58,236 nt of DNA from Candidatus Micrarchaeota archaeon (GTDB lineage: Archaea; Micrarchaeota; Micrarchaeia; Micrarchaeales; CABMGC01), in assembly GCA_021791725.1 (NCBI GenBank), contig JAJYVZ010000001.1, positions 1 through 58,236 of the forward strand. The letters are read 5' to 3'. Position 1 is the first letter of the stretch. Each line of letters starts with the position of its first letter. Below are positions 9,439 through 18,609 of this stretch, in pieces. Both the position numbers and the translations under genes were made by a program. The notes under the pieces were generated by a model. It did not search any database and was not told where the DNA came from. It was given only the letters and a program-made list of their open reading frames with translations.

Positions 9439-10749
9439 TTACAGCGTGAACTGCTCCCCAATCCTTGGCAGGTGGGTCTTGTACTTCTCCTTCAACGCGT
9501 CATTGAACTGCCTTGACTTTGCGGGCTCTCCGTGCACTATGAATATATTCTCCAATCCGTTTATGCTTTCCACGAACCTCTCGAGCTGCTGCCTGTCTGC
9601 GTGCGCCGAAAGATGGTAAGTCTCGACCTCGAGATTCACCGGAACCTTGCGTCCGTTTATGTCAAGCTCCTTCTTCCCGTCCTGCAGGTCCCTTCCTCTC
9701 GTTCCTTCCACCTGATATCCTACAAGCATCATCTTGTTCTCCGTATATCTTCCAAGCCTTTCCAGGTATCTCAGCACAGGCCCTCCGTTCAGCATTCCGC
9801 TGGTCGTGACTATGATGCACGATTCCTGCGAATTCATTATCTTCCTGCGCATCTGGTTCGAAGTCACGTCGAAGAAGTTCTTGCTCTTGAACGGGTCGTC
9901 CTCGCTCATGAGTATCCTCTTCTGCAGCTCCTCCCTGCAGTATATTACGTTGTGCCTGTGTATCCTCAGGGCCTTGTTTATCATGCCGTCTGTGTATATC
10001 GGTATATGAGGCAGCGATCCGGAATGCATGTAATCGTCAAGGGTGAGCATTATCTCCTGACTCCTTCCAACCCCGAAGCTGGGTATTATCACCTTGCCTC
10101 CCTGCTTGACCGTCTCCTTTATGCTGCTCACCATGTCTGTCGTTATCTTCTTCTCCGTGGGAAATATGTCATTGTCCCCCCCGTAAGTGCTCTCGGTTAT
10201 AAGCGTGCGCGCATGCAGGTTCTCGCGCGGTGCAGGATCAAGGATCTTCGACATCCCGAAGTTTATATCGCCAGTGTATATGAGGCTCTCCCTTCCGTCA
10301 CTTACCTCTATTATGGAGCTTCCCAGGATATGCCCCGCCTTCTGGAGCTTTACCGTAAGGTCCTTTATCCTGAATTCTTCGTTGAACTCCGCCATCTTGG
10401 AGTTCCTCTGCATCTTAAGCACACCGTCCCTAGTGACGTCCTTAGGGTTGGATATCTTCAGGTAATCGCTTATTATCACGTTTCCGAGCTCGAAAGTCGG
10501 CTTCGTGAGGTACGTGGGGCCTTCCCATCCTCCGGAATATATGTGCGGCAGGAATCCGATGTGGTCAAGGTGCGCGTGAGTGACCACTATCCCATCCACA
10601 TCCTTGAGTTCATGCTTTTCTATGGTTGGATATGCGATTGGATCGCCAATCTTCACTCCAGAGTCCAGCAGGATCTTCGTATTTCCGCTCTCTATCATTA
10701 TGCAGCTCCTTCCAACTTCTTCAGCCGCTCCAAAAAATTTTAATATCAA
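9439..10749 (-). CDS. Metallo-beta-lactamase / beta-CASP family RNase (aCPSF2-like)
   Basis: EEVGRSCIMIE, VVTHAHLDHIGFLP (HxHxDH), and a C-terminal HLSAHADRQQL plus IFIVHGE beta-CASP motif. Length about 430 aa. Confidence 0.85.
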   Translation of the reverse strand: MILKFFGAAEEVGRSCIMIESGNTKILLDSGVKIGDPIAYPTIEKHELKDVDGIVVTHAHLDHIGFLPHIYSGGWEGPTYLTKPTFELGNVIISDYLKISNPKDVTRDGVLKMQRNSKMAEFNEEFRIKDLTVKLQKAGHILGSSIIEVSDGRESLIYTGDINFGMSKILDPAPRENLHARTLITESTYGGDNDIFPTEKKITTDMVSSIKETVKQGGKVIIPSFGVGRSQEIMLTLDDYMHSGSLPHIPIYTDGMINKALRIHRHNVIYCREELQKRILMSEDDPFKSKNFFDVTSNQMRRKIMNSQESCIIVTTSGMLNGGPVLRYLERLGRYTENKMMLVGYQVEGTRGRDLQDGKKELDINGRKVPVNLEVETYHLSAHADRQQLERFVESINGLENIFIVHGEPAKSRQFNDALKEKYKTHLPRIGEQFTL

Positions 10750-11415
10750 TCAAACACCTAGTTGTGCGCCACCGCCCCTGGCGTCTTCCTTCTGTATTTC
10801 GTCAATGCTGGCTGCACTGGGGCGGCTCTTCTTCTTTATGACCGCAATGTCCTCAAGGCTTATGCTCATCGGCCCCTGTTCCTCGTGCCTCTGCGGCTTC
10901 CTCTCATCATGAACCCTCCTAGACCTGTCTATGCTCCTCAGCTCCGAATACAGGTCATCGAGTCTTTTGTGGTTCTCCTCAATCTTCTTATCGAGCTCGT
11001 CTATCTCCTTGTTGAGGCTGACTGTGTCGTCCTTGAGAAAATTAATTCTCCTCTTCATCCTGAATATTTTTATCGCGCCGTCTATCTGAGAGTCTATGTC
11101 GTTTATCTCTCTGATTATCTCCTTCTCCGCCCCCAGGCTTCTTGTCTCGGTGGATATCCTGAACTCGAGCTTGTCCTTCATCCTCCTAAGCCTGCCTATG
11201 TTCGGTCCCCTGCCTGCGCTCTCTGACTGCTTTGAAAGCGCCTCGAGTTCTGCTTCCTTGTACTTGAGCAGCTTTCTCTTCTTCTTTATGCTTATTATAA
11301 TGTCTATCCTCTTTTTCTTCTCCTCTTCTATGAGCCTGTTGAGCTCTATTATTCTTCCCTCCTTGGGGCTTGGCTTTGCCCCATTCTGAACAGGCGCCCC
11401 GTTGTTGGTATCCAC
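10750..11415 (-). CDS. Coiled-coil protein (archaeal coiled-coil family-like)
   Basis: Heptad-rich and charged (KEIDELDKKIEENHKRLDDLYSELR). Its stop abuts the start of the beta-CASP gene, suggesting an operon. Confidence 0.6.
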   Translation of the reverse strand: MDTNNGAPVQNGAKPSPKEGRIIELNRLIEEEKKKRIDIIISIKKKRKLLKYKEAELEALSKQSESAGRGPNIGRLRRMKDKLEFRISTETRSLGAEKEIIREINDIDSQIDGAIKIFRMKRRINFLKDDTVSLNKEIDELDKKIEENHKRLDDLYSELRSIDRSRRVHDERKPQRHEEQGPMSISLEDIAVIKKKSRPSAASIDEIQKEDARGGGAQLGV

Positions 11416-11433
11416 TGCATCCCTTATCTATTA

Positions 11434-12603
11434 TCATTTCTCGTTAGAGGCAACTAGCCTATAAATGCTAAGCATTTTATCCGTAACCTTCTCCAAAGAA
11501 AAGTTCTGCGCCGTTTTAACGGCACTCTGATAATAGGCCCCATCATTATTTAAGACTTTCTCTATCTTTCCAGCGCAGGCCGCAGGATTCATAGGATCGA
11601 ACTTCTCGCCATTTCTCCCATTCTTTATCAGTTCCCTAAGCGCAAGGCTGTCCGCCCCTATCACCGGCTTTCCAAGAGCCATTGCCTCAAGAGCTACGAC
11701 TCCCTGCGTCTCGAACGTCGACGGTATGCAAAACGCGTCGCATGCCGCATAATAATCCGGCAGTTCCGCCTTATCCACGAAGCCCACGAACCTTACGTTG
11801 CCGAGACTAAGCCTGTCTGCATAGTTCCTGTAATATTCGTATGCAGGGCCCGTGCCTCCTATAATAAATTTTATATCCTTCCTAGATCTCCCGAGCCTGT
11901 GAGCTGCAAGAAGCAGGGTTTCTATCCTCTTCTCTCGGCTCGTCCTTCCTATGTATAGCACCAATTTCTCCCTGCTGCGCACTCCAAGGCTCTTCCTCAC
12001 GCGCTCGCCGTCAGCGTTCTTGTCGTTGAACACCGACAGGTCTATGCCGTTTGGCACCACGTGCGTGTTCTTTATCTTCATACGCCTCAGCATCCTCTCT
12101 ATCGTGCCTGTCGGCGCGACAGTTGCGTCGCATCTATTGTAGAACAGGCGCAGATACGCCTTCACCGACCTGTTTGCGAAGAACTTGAAGACGCGTATGT
12201 TCGGATAGTAATTCTCCATTATGCTCTTGTCGTTAACGAGCGTATGGTACGACCCTACTATCGGCTTTCCGGAGAACTTGGCGGCCACTATGGCAGCAAG
12301 GCCCATTGGCGCAGGCGTCTGCGCATGTATAAGATCTATCTTGTTTGCCATTACCCTGAAAACAGACGCATAAGGGAAGACAGCAACCTTGTATTGCGGA
12401 TAAGGCTTGAAATCGAAGCCTTCTACTATGAACACCTTTTTGTTCCCGTACTTCCTCTTTGTCCTGGCGGTGCCGCTGGCGAATATATATACCTCATGGC
12501 CTCTCCTCTCAAGCTCTTTCTTAAGCCCAAGCATTGACGTTACAACGCCATCGACGGCAGGCAGATAAGAATCGGAGTAGAACGCTATCTTCAGCTTGTC
12601 CAT
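11434..12603 (-). CDS. Glycosyltransferase, GT4 family
   Basis: The N-terminus reads KIAFYSDSYLPAVDGVV. The C-terminal PSTFETQGVVALEAMALGKPVIG contains the E-x7-E region. Confidence 0.85.
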   Translation of the reverse strand: MDKLKIAFYSDSYLPAVDGVVTSMLGLKKELERRGHEVYIFASGTARTKRKYGNKKVFIVEGFDFKPYPQYKVAVFPYASVFRVMANKIDLIHAQTPAPMGLAAIVAAKFSGKPIVGSYHTLVNDKSIMENYYPNIRVFKFFANRSVKAYLRLFYNRCDATVAPTGTIERMLRRMKIKNTHVVPNGIDLSVFNDKNADGERVRKSLGVRSREKLVLYIGRTSREKRIETLLLAAHRLGRSRKDIKFIIGGTGPAYEYYRNYADRLSLGNVRFVGFVDKAELPDYYAACDAFCIPSTFETQGVVALEAMALGKPVIGADSLALRELIKNGRNGEKFDPMNPAACAGKIEKVLNNDGAYYQSAVKTAQNFSLEKVTDKMLSIYRLVASNEK

Positions 12604-12610
12604 CTATACA

Positions 12611-13009
12611 CTACAACTTTACCGGCTCCCCGCCGGCGCTCTTTATCTTTTCAGCTGCTGACGCAGAAAAAGCGGCAGCTCTTACTATGGCTGGTTTCTC
12701 AAGCTTGCCGTCTCCCAGCACCTTGTATCCCGCAAGCTCTATCACAGGTCTCTCCTCTTTCTTCTCTCTCGCCATCTTCGATACTTTCCACAGGTCTATC
12801 TCCTTGAGGTCCTTCCTTCCCCATCTTGTGAAGCCTGTCTTGCCTATCCTCTCCCTCTCATATTTGACTATGTGCGTGAACTTGTGCTTTCTTCCAGCCT
12901 TTCCAACTCCTCCCCTTCCACCTGCCCCTCTCCTGTTCTTTATGTTGCCGGCTCCCCACCTTCTTGTGCCAAGATACCTCCTGTTCCGCTTCCTGTTTCT
13001 CATTACCAT
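12611..13009 (-). CDS. rpl15: Ribosomal protein uL15
   Basis: RGAGGRGGVGKAGRKHKFTH glycine/basic loop. Lies immediately downstream of uL30. Confidence 0.9.
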   Translation of the reverse strand: MVMRNRKRNRRYLGTRRWGAGNIKNRRGAGGRGGVGKAGRKHKFTHIVKYERERIGKTGFTRWGRKDLKEIDLWKVSKMAREKKEERPVIELAGYKVLGDGKLEKPAIVRAAAFSASAAEKIKSAGGEPVKL

Positions 13010-13449
13010 CAGATCATCCTCTCTATAAGCGCGTTTATCTCCACGCCCCTGTATCCAAGATCGCCCTTGTCCACGAAGCTTCTCTTTATGTCCTTGTATC
13101 CGCGCTTTGGTGGCTTCATGCCCATCGGCAGCCTTATACCGGCGTCAGCGGCCCTCACCGCCCCGTTCATCAGCTTGTCCATGTTATCCTTCTCCACCTT
13201 AATGCCTTTGCTCTCGAGCAGCCTCTCAAGCACCTTCCTGTCTATCTCTCCGAAGGTTATGAAATCCTTGCACTTGTTTATCATCCCTACGTTTGACTTC
13301 GTGCCGTAGATGAGCGATAGGCTGTTCACCCTCTTGAGGTTCAGCCTATTCATGGTCTCCGCTATGCTCTGCCTGACGTTCACGCGTCCGCGGATCCGTA
13401 CTGCTGCTACTAGCTTGTTGTCAATCTTAACTTTTGCCATAGAAGACAC
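13009..13449 (-). CDS. rpl30: Ribosomal protein uL30
   Basis: AAVRIRGRVNVRQSIAETMNRLNLKRVNS. Archaeal-size at about 146 aa, with a 1-nt overlap with uL15. Confidence 0.9.
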   Translation of the reverse strand: MSSMAKVKIDNKLVAAVRIRGRVNVRQSIAETMNRLNLKRVNSLSLIYGTKSNVGMINKCKDFITFGEIDRKVLERLLESKGIKVEKDNMDKLMNGAVRAADAGIRLPMGMKPPKRGYKDIKRSFVDKGDLGYRGVEINALIERMI

Positions 13450-13562
13450 TGTTTCTATCGAAATAAAGCAATTAGATTTAGTTATTATTGCTGGGAAAGG
13501 TTTTTAACCCCTCGCTTGAATCCCTCACCAGACCGAGATTCTTCTTTGAAATGGCGCCGTAC

Positions 13563-14138
13563 TCACTCCCCGCGGAATCCCAGTCGTTTCCTTATCGCAT
13601 CGTTTATCAGTTCCAGAGCCTCCTTGTTGTTGGAAGCGTAGACAGAAGTGCCGATGCCCTTGTCATCTTTCAGGGTTGGATCAGCGCCCCTGGAGAGCAG
13701 CAGCCTCACAATGTCTATATTCTTCTCGCTTAGGCACGCGATCATGAGGGCAGTTACTCCCCCGTCAGTTCTGGCATCTATGTCAAGGCCCTTGCCCTCC
13801 TCTATTAAAATTTTTGCGATATCGCTGCGTTCCATGTATACTGCCCACACCAGCGCCGTCTCTTTATTATAACTCAGCAGGTTTGGATCCGCGCCCTCTT
13901 GCAGGAGCTTCCTTACGCTTTCCCCCTTTCCCCAGCCTACCGCGTACATCAACATTGTATTCCCGTCGGAATAGGCGTTTATGTTGGCTCCGCCCTTTAT
14001 GCTCCTCCCGATCTGTTCTGCATCTCCTTTGAACACTGCCATGAGGAGCATCTTATCCAGCTCAGGCTGCATCTTGCTTCTGACTATGTCCTTCGCCTGT
14101 TCCAGAATTGGCTTGTAATGCGCCCCCATCCCATCCAT
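13563..14138 (-). CDS. Ankyrin-repeat protein
   Basis: Repeated GNTMLMYAV...LLQEGADPN, TALVWAV...ILIEEG and VTALMIAC...LLLSRGADPT units. Confidence 0.8.
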   Translation of the reverse strand: MDGMGAHYKPILEQAKDIVRSKMQPELDKMLLMAVFKGDAEQIGRSIKGGANINAYSDGNTMLMYAVGWGKGESVRKLLQEGADPNLLSYNKETALVWAVYMERSDIAKILIEEGKGLDIDARTDGGVTALMIACLSEKNIDIVRLLLSRGADPTLKDDKGIGTSVYASNNKEALELINDAIRKRLGFRGE

Positions 14139-14599
14139 TCATATATGTGTCTTGCGTTTCAGACTTTATGCCTTCTCTACAATCTACCCCTGTATAAAAT
14201 CCGATTTGAATCACGGCTCTTCGACAAAGGCGGATCCGCACGCCGCTTCCTATAAATCCGAGCCGGCGCACCGTACAAAACAAAAACCGAAGTATCTACG
14301 CACCTCCGTGTACGTAGCGCCTGCCCCTTAGAGCTGACGCAACCGCCGCTATCGCCGCCATTATCGCAGCTACTATCAACACAGTGTGAATACCGTCACT
14401 AAACGGCCGCGAAATCAAGGTTGGAAAGAAGGATGTACCGGTTATTATGGTAAGATTTGCTTTCGGTATGGTCTGCATCGCATTCTGCTAATCCTAACTG
14501 GAATTATACATTGAATTAGTCAACTTATTTTGCTGTAATCCCTAAGTTCCACTCTCATGCCACATGCGTCCAGCGATCCAAACACCAAAGGAAGCAACG

Positions 14600-15988
14600 C
14601 TACTTCTTGTTTAGGTATCTCGCATAATCGAGAAGTTTCCTGAGGGAAAGGACCGCGGAAGTCGGAGAATCGTAAACCGGCAACCCAGAGCTTTCCATCT
14701 CCGCCTTGTGCACCTGCGTGTAATCAGAACCCACGCTTATCACGACCATAGGTATGTTCAGCTCCTCCTTGTAGCGCGCAAGCGTGGCAGCTACCTTCGA
14801 ATCCGCGCCAGGGGTCTGGAAAAGAGCTATCGCTATTATCATGTCGACGTTCCCATCCTTTGATATCGCAGACAGCGCAGTCTCGTAACTCTTGTCGTTT
14901 GCGTCTCCGGCCATGTCCAGCGGATTCTTTATGTTGACTATGGAAGAGAAGGAATTCTTGAAAATCTTCTTGGTATTTTCACTGAACCCGGCCAGTCTCA
15001 GGCCGTTCAGGTATATCCTGTCAGTAGTCAGTACTCCCGCTCCTCCCCCATTCGTTATCACTGCCACCCTGTCGCCTTTTGGCATGGGTTCGGAATCGAA
15101 CGCCTTCGCAAAGTAGAGCAGGTCATTCAGATCATTGGCCACGACAAAGCCGAACTGCCTGAACAACGCTTCGTATGCCTCGTTGCTCCCTGCAAGCGCA
15201 GCAGTGTGCGAATGCGCGGCAACTGCTCCCTCTGATGTCACGCCGCCCTTCAGCACTATCACGGGCTTCCTCTTTGTTACCTCCTTTGCAATTTCTATGA
15301 ACTCCTTCCCCCTTTTTACGCCTTCTATGTACATTATGATGACCTTAGTATCCTTGTCTTTCATCAGGTATTCGAGTATGTCGGCTTCGTCTATGTAAGC
15401 CGCGTTCCCGTAAGATATGAACTTCGAGAGCCCGAAGCCTTCCTTAGATATTAGGTCAAGGATTGTACTTCCTACCGCTCCACTCTGCGAGACGAAGCTC
15501 ACACCGCCTATCCTTGGCCTGCTGAGCTTGTACGTCGGCAGGAAAAGGGTGTCTATCCTCGATCTCGGGTCCATGACTCCAAGGCAGTTCGGCCCTAACA
15601 TCGGAATCCTGTACTTTTCCGCGATCCTGGCTATTCTTTCCTGCAGTTGCACGTTGCCTATCTCAGCGAATCCTCCGCTGACTACCACTACGCTCTTAAC
15701 CTTTGCCCTGCCGCACTCTTCCAAGACAAGCGGCACCACCTGTGCAGGGACCGCTATGACCGCAAGGTCGATCTCACTACCTATCTTCATGACACTGGTA
15801 TATGTTGTCATTCCTAATATCTGCTCCCCGCTCTTGTTCACCGGATACAGTTTTCCAGTATATCCTGCGTCTATGTAATTCTGGAGTATGACGTGGCCTA
15901 CCTTCCTCTGATCCCTAGATGCGCCTATAATCGCCACACTCTTTGGTTTCAGCATCGGGCCTAAGTCGAACCTCTTTTTGAAAACCAC
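14600..15988 (-). CDS. acdA: ADP-forming acetyl-CoA synthetase, alpha subunit (CoA-binding / ligase-CoA domains)
   Basis: PKSVAIIGASRDQRKVGHVILQN...YPVN CoA-binding N-terminus, and AAHSHTAALAG with the phosphohistidine region. Confidence 0.85.
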   Translation of the reverse strand: MVFKKRFDLGPMLKPKSVAIIGASRDQRKVGHVILQNYIDAGYTGKLYPVNKSGEQILGMTTYTSVMKIGSEIDLAVIAVPAQVVPLVLEECGRAKVKSVVVVSGGFAEIGNVQLQERIARIAEKYRIPMLGPNCLGVMDPRSRIDTLFLPTYKLSRPRIGGVSFVSQSGAVGSTILDLISKEGFGLSKFISYGNAAYIDEADILEYLMKDKDTKVIIMYIEGVKRGKEFIEIAKEVTKRKPVIVLKGGVTSEGAVAAHSHTAALAGSNEAYEALFRQFGFVVANDLNDLLYFAKAFDSEPMPKGDRVAVITNGGGAGVLTTDRIYLNGLRLAGFSENTKKIFKNSFSSIVNIKNPLDMAGDANDKSYETALSAISKDGNVDMIIAIALFQTPGADSKVAATLARYKEELNIPMVVISVGSDYTQVHKAEMESSGLPVYDSPTSAVLSLRKLLDYARYLNKK

Positions 15989-15992
15989 AACA

Positions 15993-16607
15993 TCACCAAA
16001 TCATTCTTATGTCTACTACGTCATATCCGCCTTTTCTTATTATTATCGGATTTAGGTCTAACTCCTTTATCCTGTTTTCCTCAAGCATCTTAGATATCTT
16101 CATTAGCAGTTCAACTACCATGTCTTCGGATTCCCCGTTGTTGGTTATAATATCCCGTGACCTGAGCTGCCCTACCATCTGCCTCGCATCATATCTTGTT
16201 ATTGGGCAGATGCGCACAGCCACATCCCTGAAAGCCTCGGCATAAACGCCTCCAAGGCCAAGAAGTATGAGGTTGCCGAACTGGTCGTCCTTCCTACCTC
16301 CGAATATGGCCTCTATTCCACTCTCGGCCATCCTCTGCGCAATGATCTTGTATGGCCTCAGCTTCCTTCCCTTTCCTGCCAGCTGCCTGAACGCTTCCTC
16401 TATCTCCGCGTCTTCCTTTAAATCGACCTTCACGAGCCCAGCCTTTGACTTGTGCAGTGCCTTTTGTGACAGAAGCTTGAGAACTATCTTCCTTCCCTTC
16501 GAGAATTCCTTTGCGTCCTCAGCATCCGTCACGTACCTGCTCTCTATGCTCCTTATGCCGTACTTCCTCAGGAGATTGCTGGCTTCTACGTAATCCAGAA
16601 GGGCCAT
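15993..16607 (-). CDS. acdB: ADP-forming acetyl-CoA synthetase, beta subunit (ATP-grasp)
   Basis: LKLLSQKALHKSKAGLVKVDL, GVYAEAFRDVAVRICP and ELDLNPI. Lies 4 nt upstream of acdA. Confidence 0.75.
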   Translation of the reverse strand: MALLDYVEASNLLRKYGIRSIESRYVTDAEDAKEFSKGRKIVLKLLSQKALHKSKAGLVKVDLKEDAEIEEAFRQLAGKGRKLRPYKIIAQRMAESGIEAIFGGRKDDQFGNLILLGLGGVYAEAFRDVAVRICPITRYDARQMVGQLRSRDIITNNGESEDMVVELLMKISKMLEENRIKELDLNPIIIRKGGYDVVDIRMIW

Positions 16608-16621
16608 TCTATCATGTGCTT

Positions 16622-17275
16622 CTATATGGTTATAGTGTTTGTGTAGACGAGCGCAACAACCACAATCACTACAACGATGATCACAAGCGGGATGGCTATG
16701 CCCTTTCCCGGCTTCTTTAACTTTGCGGCAAGCTTCTCTGCATCTTCCACCTGCCCTTCCTTCTGCTCGGTCTGCTGCGCTGGCGGCACCGCACCGGCCT
16801 GTGACGTCTTTATCTGGGTATCAGACTTGACCTTAAGGAATCCGTTCTCGGTGAGGAGCAGTTCAGCGTTGCCATTCTTGAGCTCGTATATGACAAGGCC
16901 CTGCTTGTAGAGCTTGTACAGCCTCAGGGCAAGGTCTCTTGACCTTATGTTAAGGCTTGAGGAAAGCTCCATCGGCATTCTCTTGCCTCCGGAGAGCTGG
17001 TTCAGTATCACAGAATCCAGCGGATCGAAGGGCTGCGTGCTCTTCTCATCCGCCTCCTTTATCAGGTCCCTGCCCTTCTGCGTCACGCTCATTCCGTTGG
17101 GGCCGGGAAAGGTCGAGACGAACTCTATCAGGCCCTTCTGCTTGAGCGTGCCTGCTATGTTAGAGCCGTCAAAAAAACTCGCGTTTATCATCCCAGGGAA
17201 TTTCTCCAGCGTCGCATCCGGAGTTATCCTTAGTATGCATGCAAGATCCATGAAATTTATGTCGTCAACGTCCAT
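16622..17275 (-). CDS. Hypothetical protein with two winged-helix-like segments and a C-terminal transmembrane anchor
   Basis: Two similar GLIEF.../GLVIYELKNG segments are followed by a Gln/Glu-rich linker and the hydrophobic tail IAIPLVIIVVVIVVVALVY. Confidence 0.5.
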   Translation of the reverse strand: MDVDDINFMDLACILRITPDATLEKFPGMINASFFDGSNIAGTLKQKGLIEFVSTFPGPNGMSVTQKGRDLIKEADEKSTQPFDPLDSVILNQLSGGKRMPMELSSSLNIRSRDLALRLYKLYKQGLVIYELKNGNAELLLTENGFLKVKSDTQIKTSQAGAVPPAQQTEQKEGQVEDAEKLAAKLKKPGKGIAIPLVIIVVVIVVVALVYTNTITI

Positions 17276-17351
17276 CCCATCCCTAATCCAATAGAAATAT
17301 TTGACATGGGTATATTAAATATGTTGTTCTGGCAAATATTGTAGTGGTCTA

Positions 17352-18605
17352 TTGGAAATCCAATTCCTCGGAGGGGCAGGAGAAGTAGGAAGGTCATCTA
17401 TACTAATTGACGGAAAGAAGAAGATACTCCTTGACAACGGAATAAAGATAGACCACATTGCCGAGTATCCGATACGCACTCCAATGGTCGATGCGCTAAT
17501 ACTCAGCCACGCGCACCTTGACCACAGCGGCTTCTCACCGGCACTCTACTTCACATCCAACTCCCCGGTTGCATTCGGCACCAAACCAACGCTTGAGCTA
17601 GGGGAGATGCTCATAGAGGACTCCATGAAGATAGCAAGGAAGGAGAAGCTGGTGCAGAGGTTCTTCAAGAAGCAGCTCAGCATGTTCGAGAAGCATTATG
17701 TGCCCCTCGCATACGGAAAGCAGATCAATTTCGCAGAGTACAACATCTCCCTTCACGATGCCGGCCACATAACCGGCAGCGCCATTAGTGCCATAGAGGA
17801 TCAGCATTCCGGGAGGAGGATTGTATACACCGGCGATTTCAAATCGTCGCCGCAATTGCTGCACAACGGCGCCGAGACGGTGAAGGGCGACATACTAATC
17901 ACCGAATCCACATATGCGAACAAGGAGCATTCGGATCGCGAAGAGATAACCAAGAGGCTGGTAGAGGAGATAAAGGACACCATAGATAATGACGGGACCG
18001 CGCTGCTGCCTGTTTTCGCGATAGGAAGAGGGCAGGAGGTTCTTGCGCTGCTCGAAAAGAACGGCCTTACCGACAGGGCCTTCCTGGACGGCATGGTTGT
18101 AAGGGCCACAGAGACCGTGCTCCAGCACAAAAGCTTCATAAGCAACCCGAAGCTTCTGGAGAGCGGGATGAGCCACGCATGCATAGTCAGGGACAGGAGG
18201 GAGAGGGCAGACGCGCTGCAACCCGGAAACATAATACTTACCACGGCAGGCATGCTTAACGGCGGGCCAATACTCGATTATATAAAAAAAGCAGACGCAA
18301 ACTCCAAGATATTCCTGACAGGATACCAGGTAGAAGGCACTAACGGCAGGAAGATACTAGAAGGCAGGCCGCTGACTATAGACAACAGAAAGTACAGGCC
18401 TAAGATGCCCGTATCCCTTTATGACATGTCTGCGCATGCAGGCAACAGCGACCTTCTAAGCTACATAAAGGAATCGGGAGCAGAGAAGATAATCTGCGTG
18501 CATGGGGAGCATGAGAACTCGCTGAGGTTCGTAGAAAAACTGAAAGAAGAAGGATTCGACGCAAGCGCGCCAAGGGTTGGGGAGAGCCTGGAAGTGGATC
18601 TCTGA
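17352..18605 (+). CDS. Metallo-beta-lactamase / beta-CASP family RNase, second paralog
   Basis: GEVGRSSILID, ILSHAHLDHSGFSP, and C-terminal MSAHAGNSDL plus ICVHGE. TTG start. Confidence 0.85.
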   Translation: MEIQFLGGAGEVGRSSILIDGKKKILLDNGIKIDHIAEYPIRTPMVDALILSHAHLDHSGFSPALYFTSNSPVAFGTKPTLELGEMLIEDSMKIARKEKLVQRFFKKQLSMFEKHYVPLAYGKQINFAEYNISLHDAGHITGSAISAIEDQHSGRRIVYTGDFKSSPQLLHNGAETVKGDILITESTYANKEHSDREEITKRLVEEIKDTIDNDGTALLPVFAIGRGQEVLALLEKNGLTDRAFLDGMVVRATETVLQHKSFISNPKLLESGMSHACIVRDRRERADALQPGNIILTTAGMLNGGPILDYIKKADANSKIFLTGYQVEGTNGRKILEGRPLTIDNRKYRPKMPVSLYDMSAHAGNSDLLSYIKESGAEKIICVHGEHENSLRFVEKLKEEGFDASAPRVGESLEVDL

Positions 18606-18609
18606 AATA

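Noticed and set aside
9532-10743. Long antisense ORFs: 403 aa at 9532-10743, 277 aa at 39804-40637, 274 aa at 35508-36332, 205 aa at 38101-38718, and 161 aa at 7144-7629.
   Set aside because: Each lies opposite a gene with clear family motifs (beta-CASP HxHxDH, DUF45 HELAH, SHMT, ThyX RHR, uL1). Their own translations are low-complexity and rich in Leu, Arg, Tyr and His, with no motif. They are shadow ORFs.
14296-14478. The 60-aa ORF with a hydrophobic C-terminus (…VLIVAAIMAAIAAVASALRGRRY) as a small membrane protein or sorting-signal peptide.
   Set aside because: There is no start context or recognisable family, and it lies in a 460-nt poorly coding spacer. I cannot support it as a gene from sequence alone.
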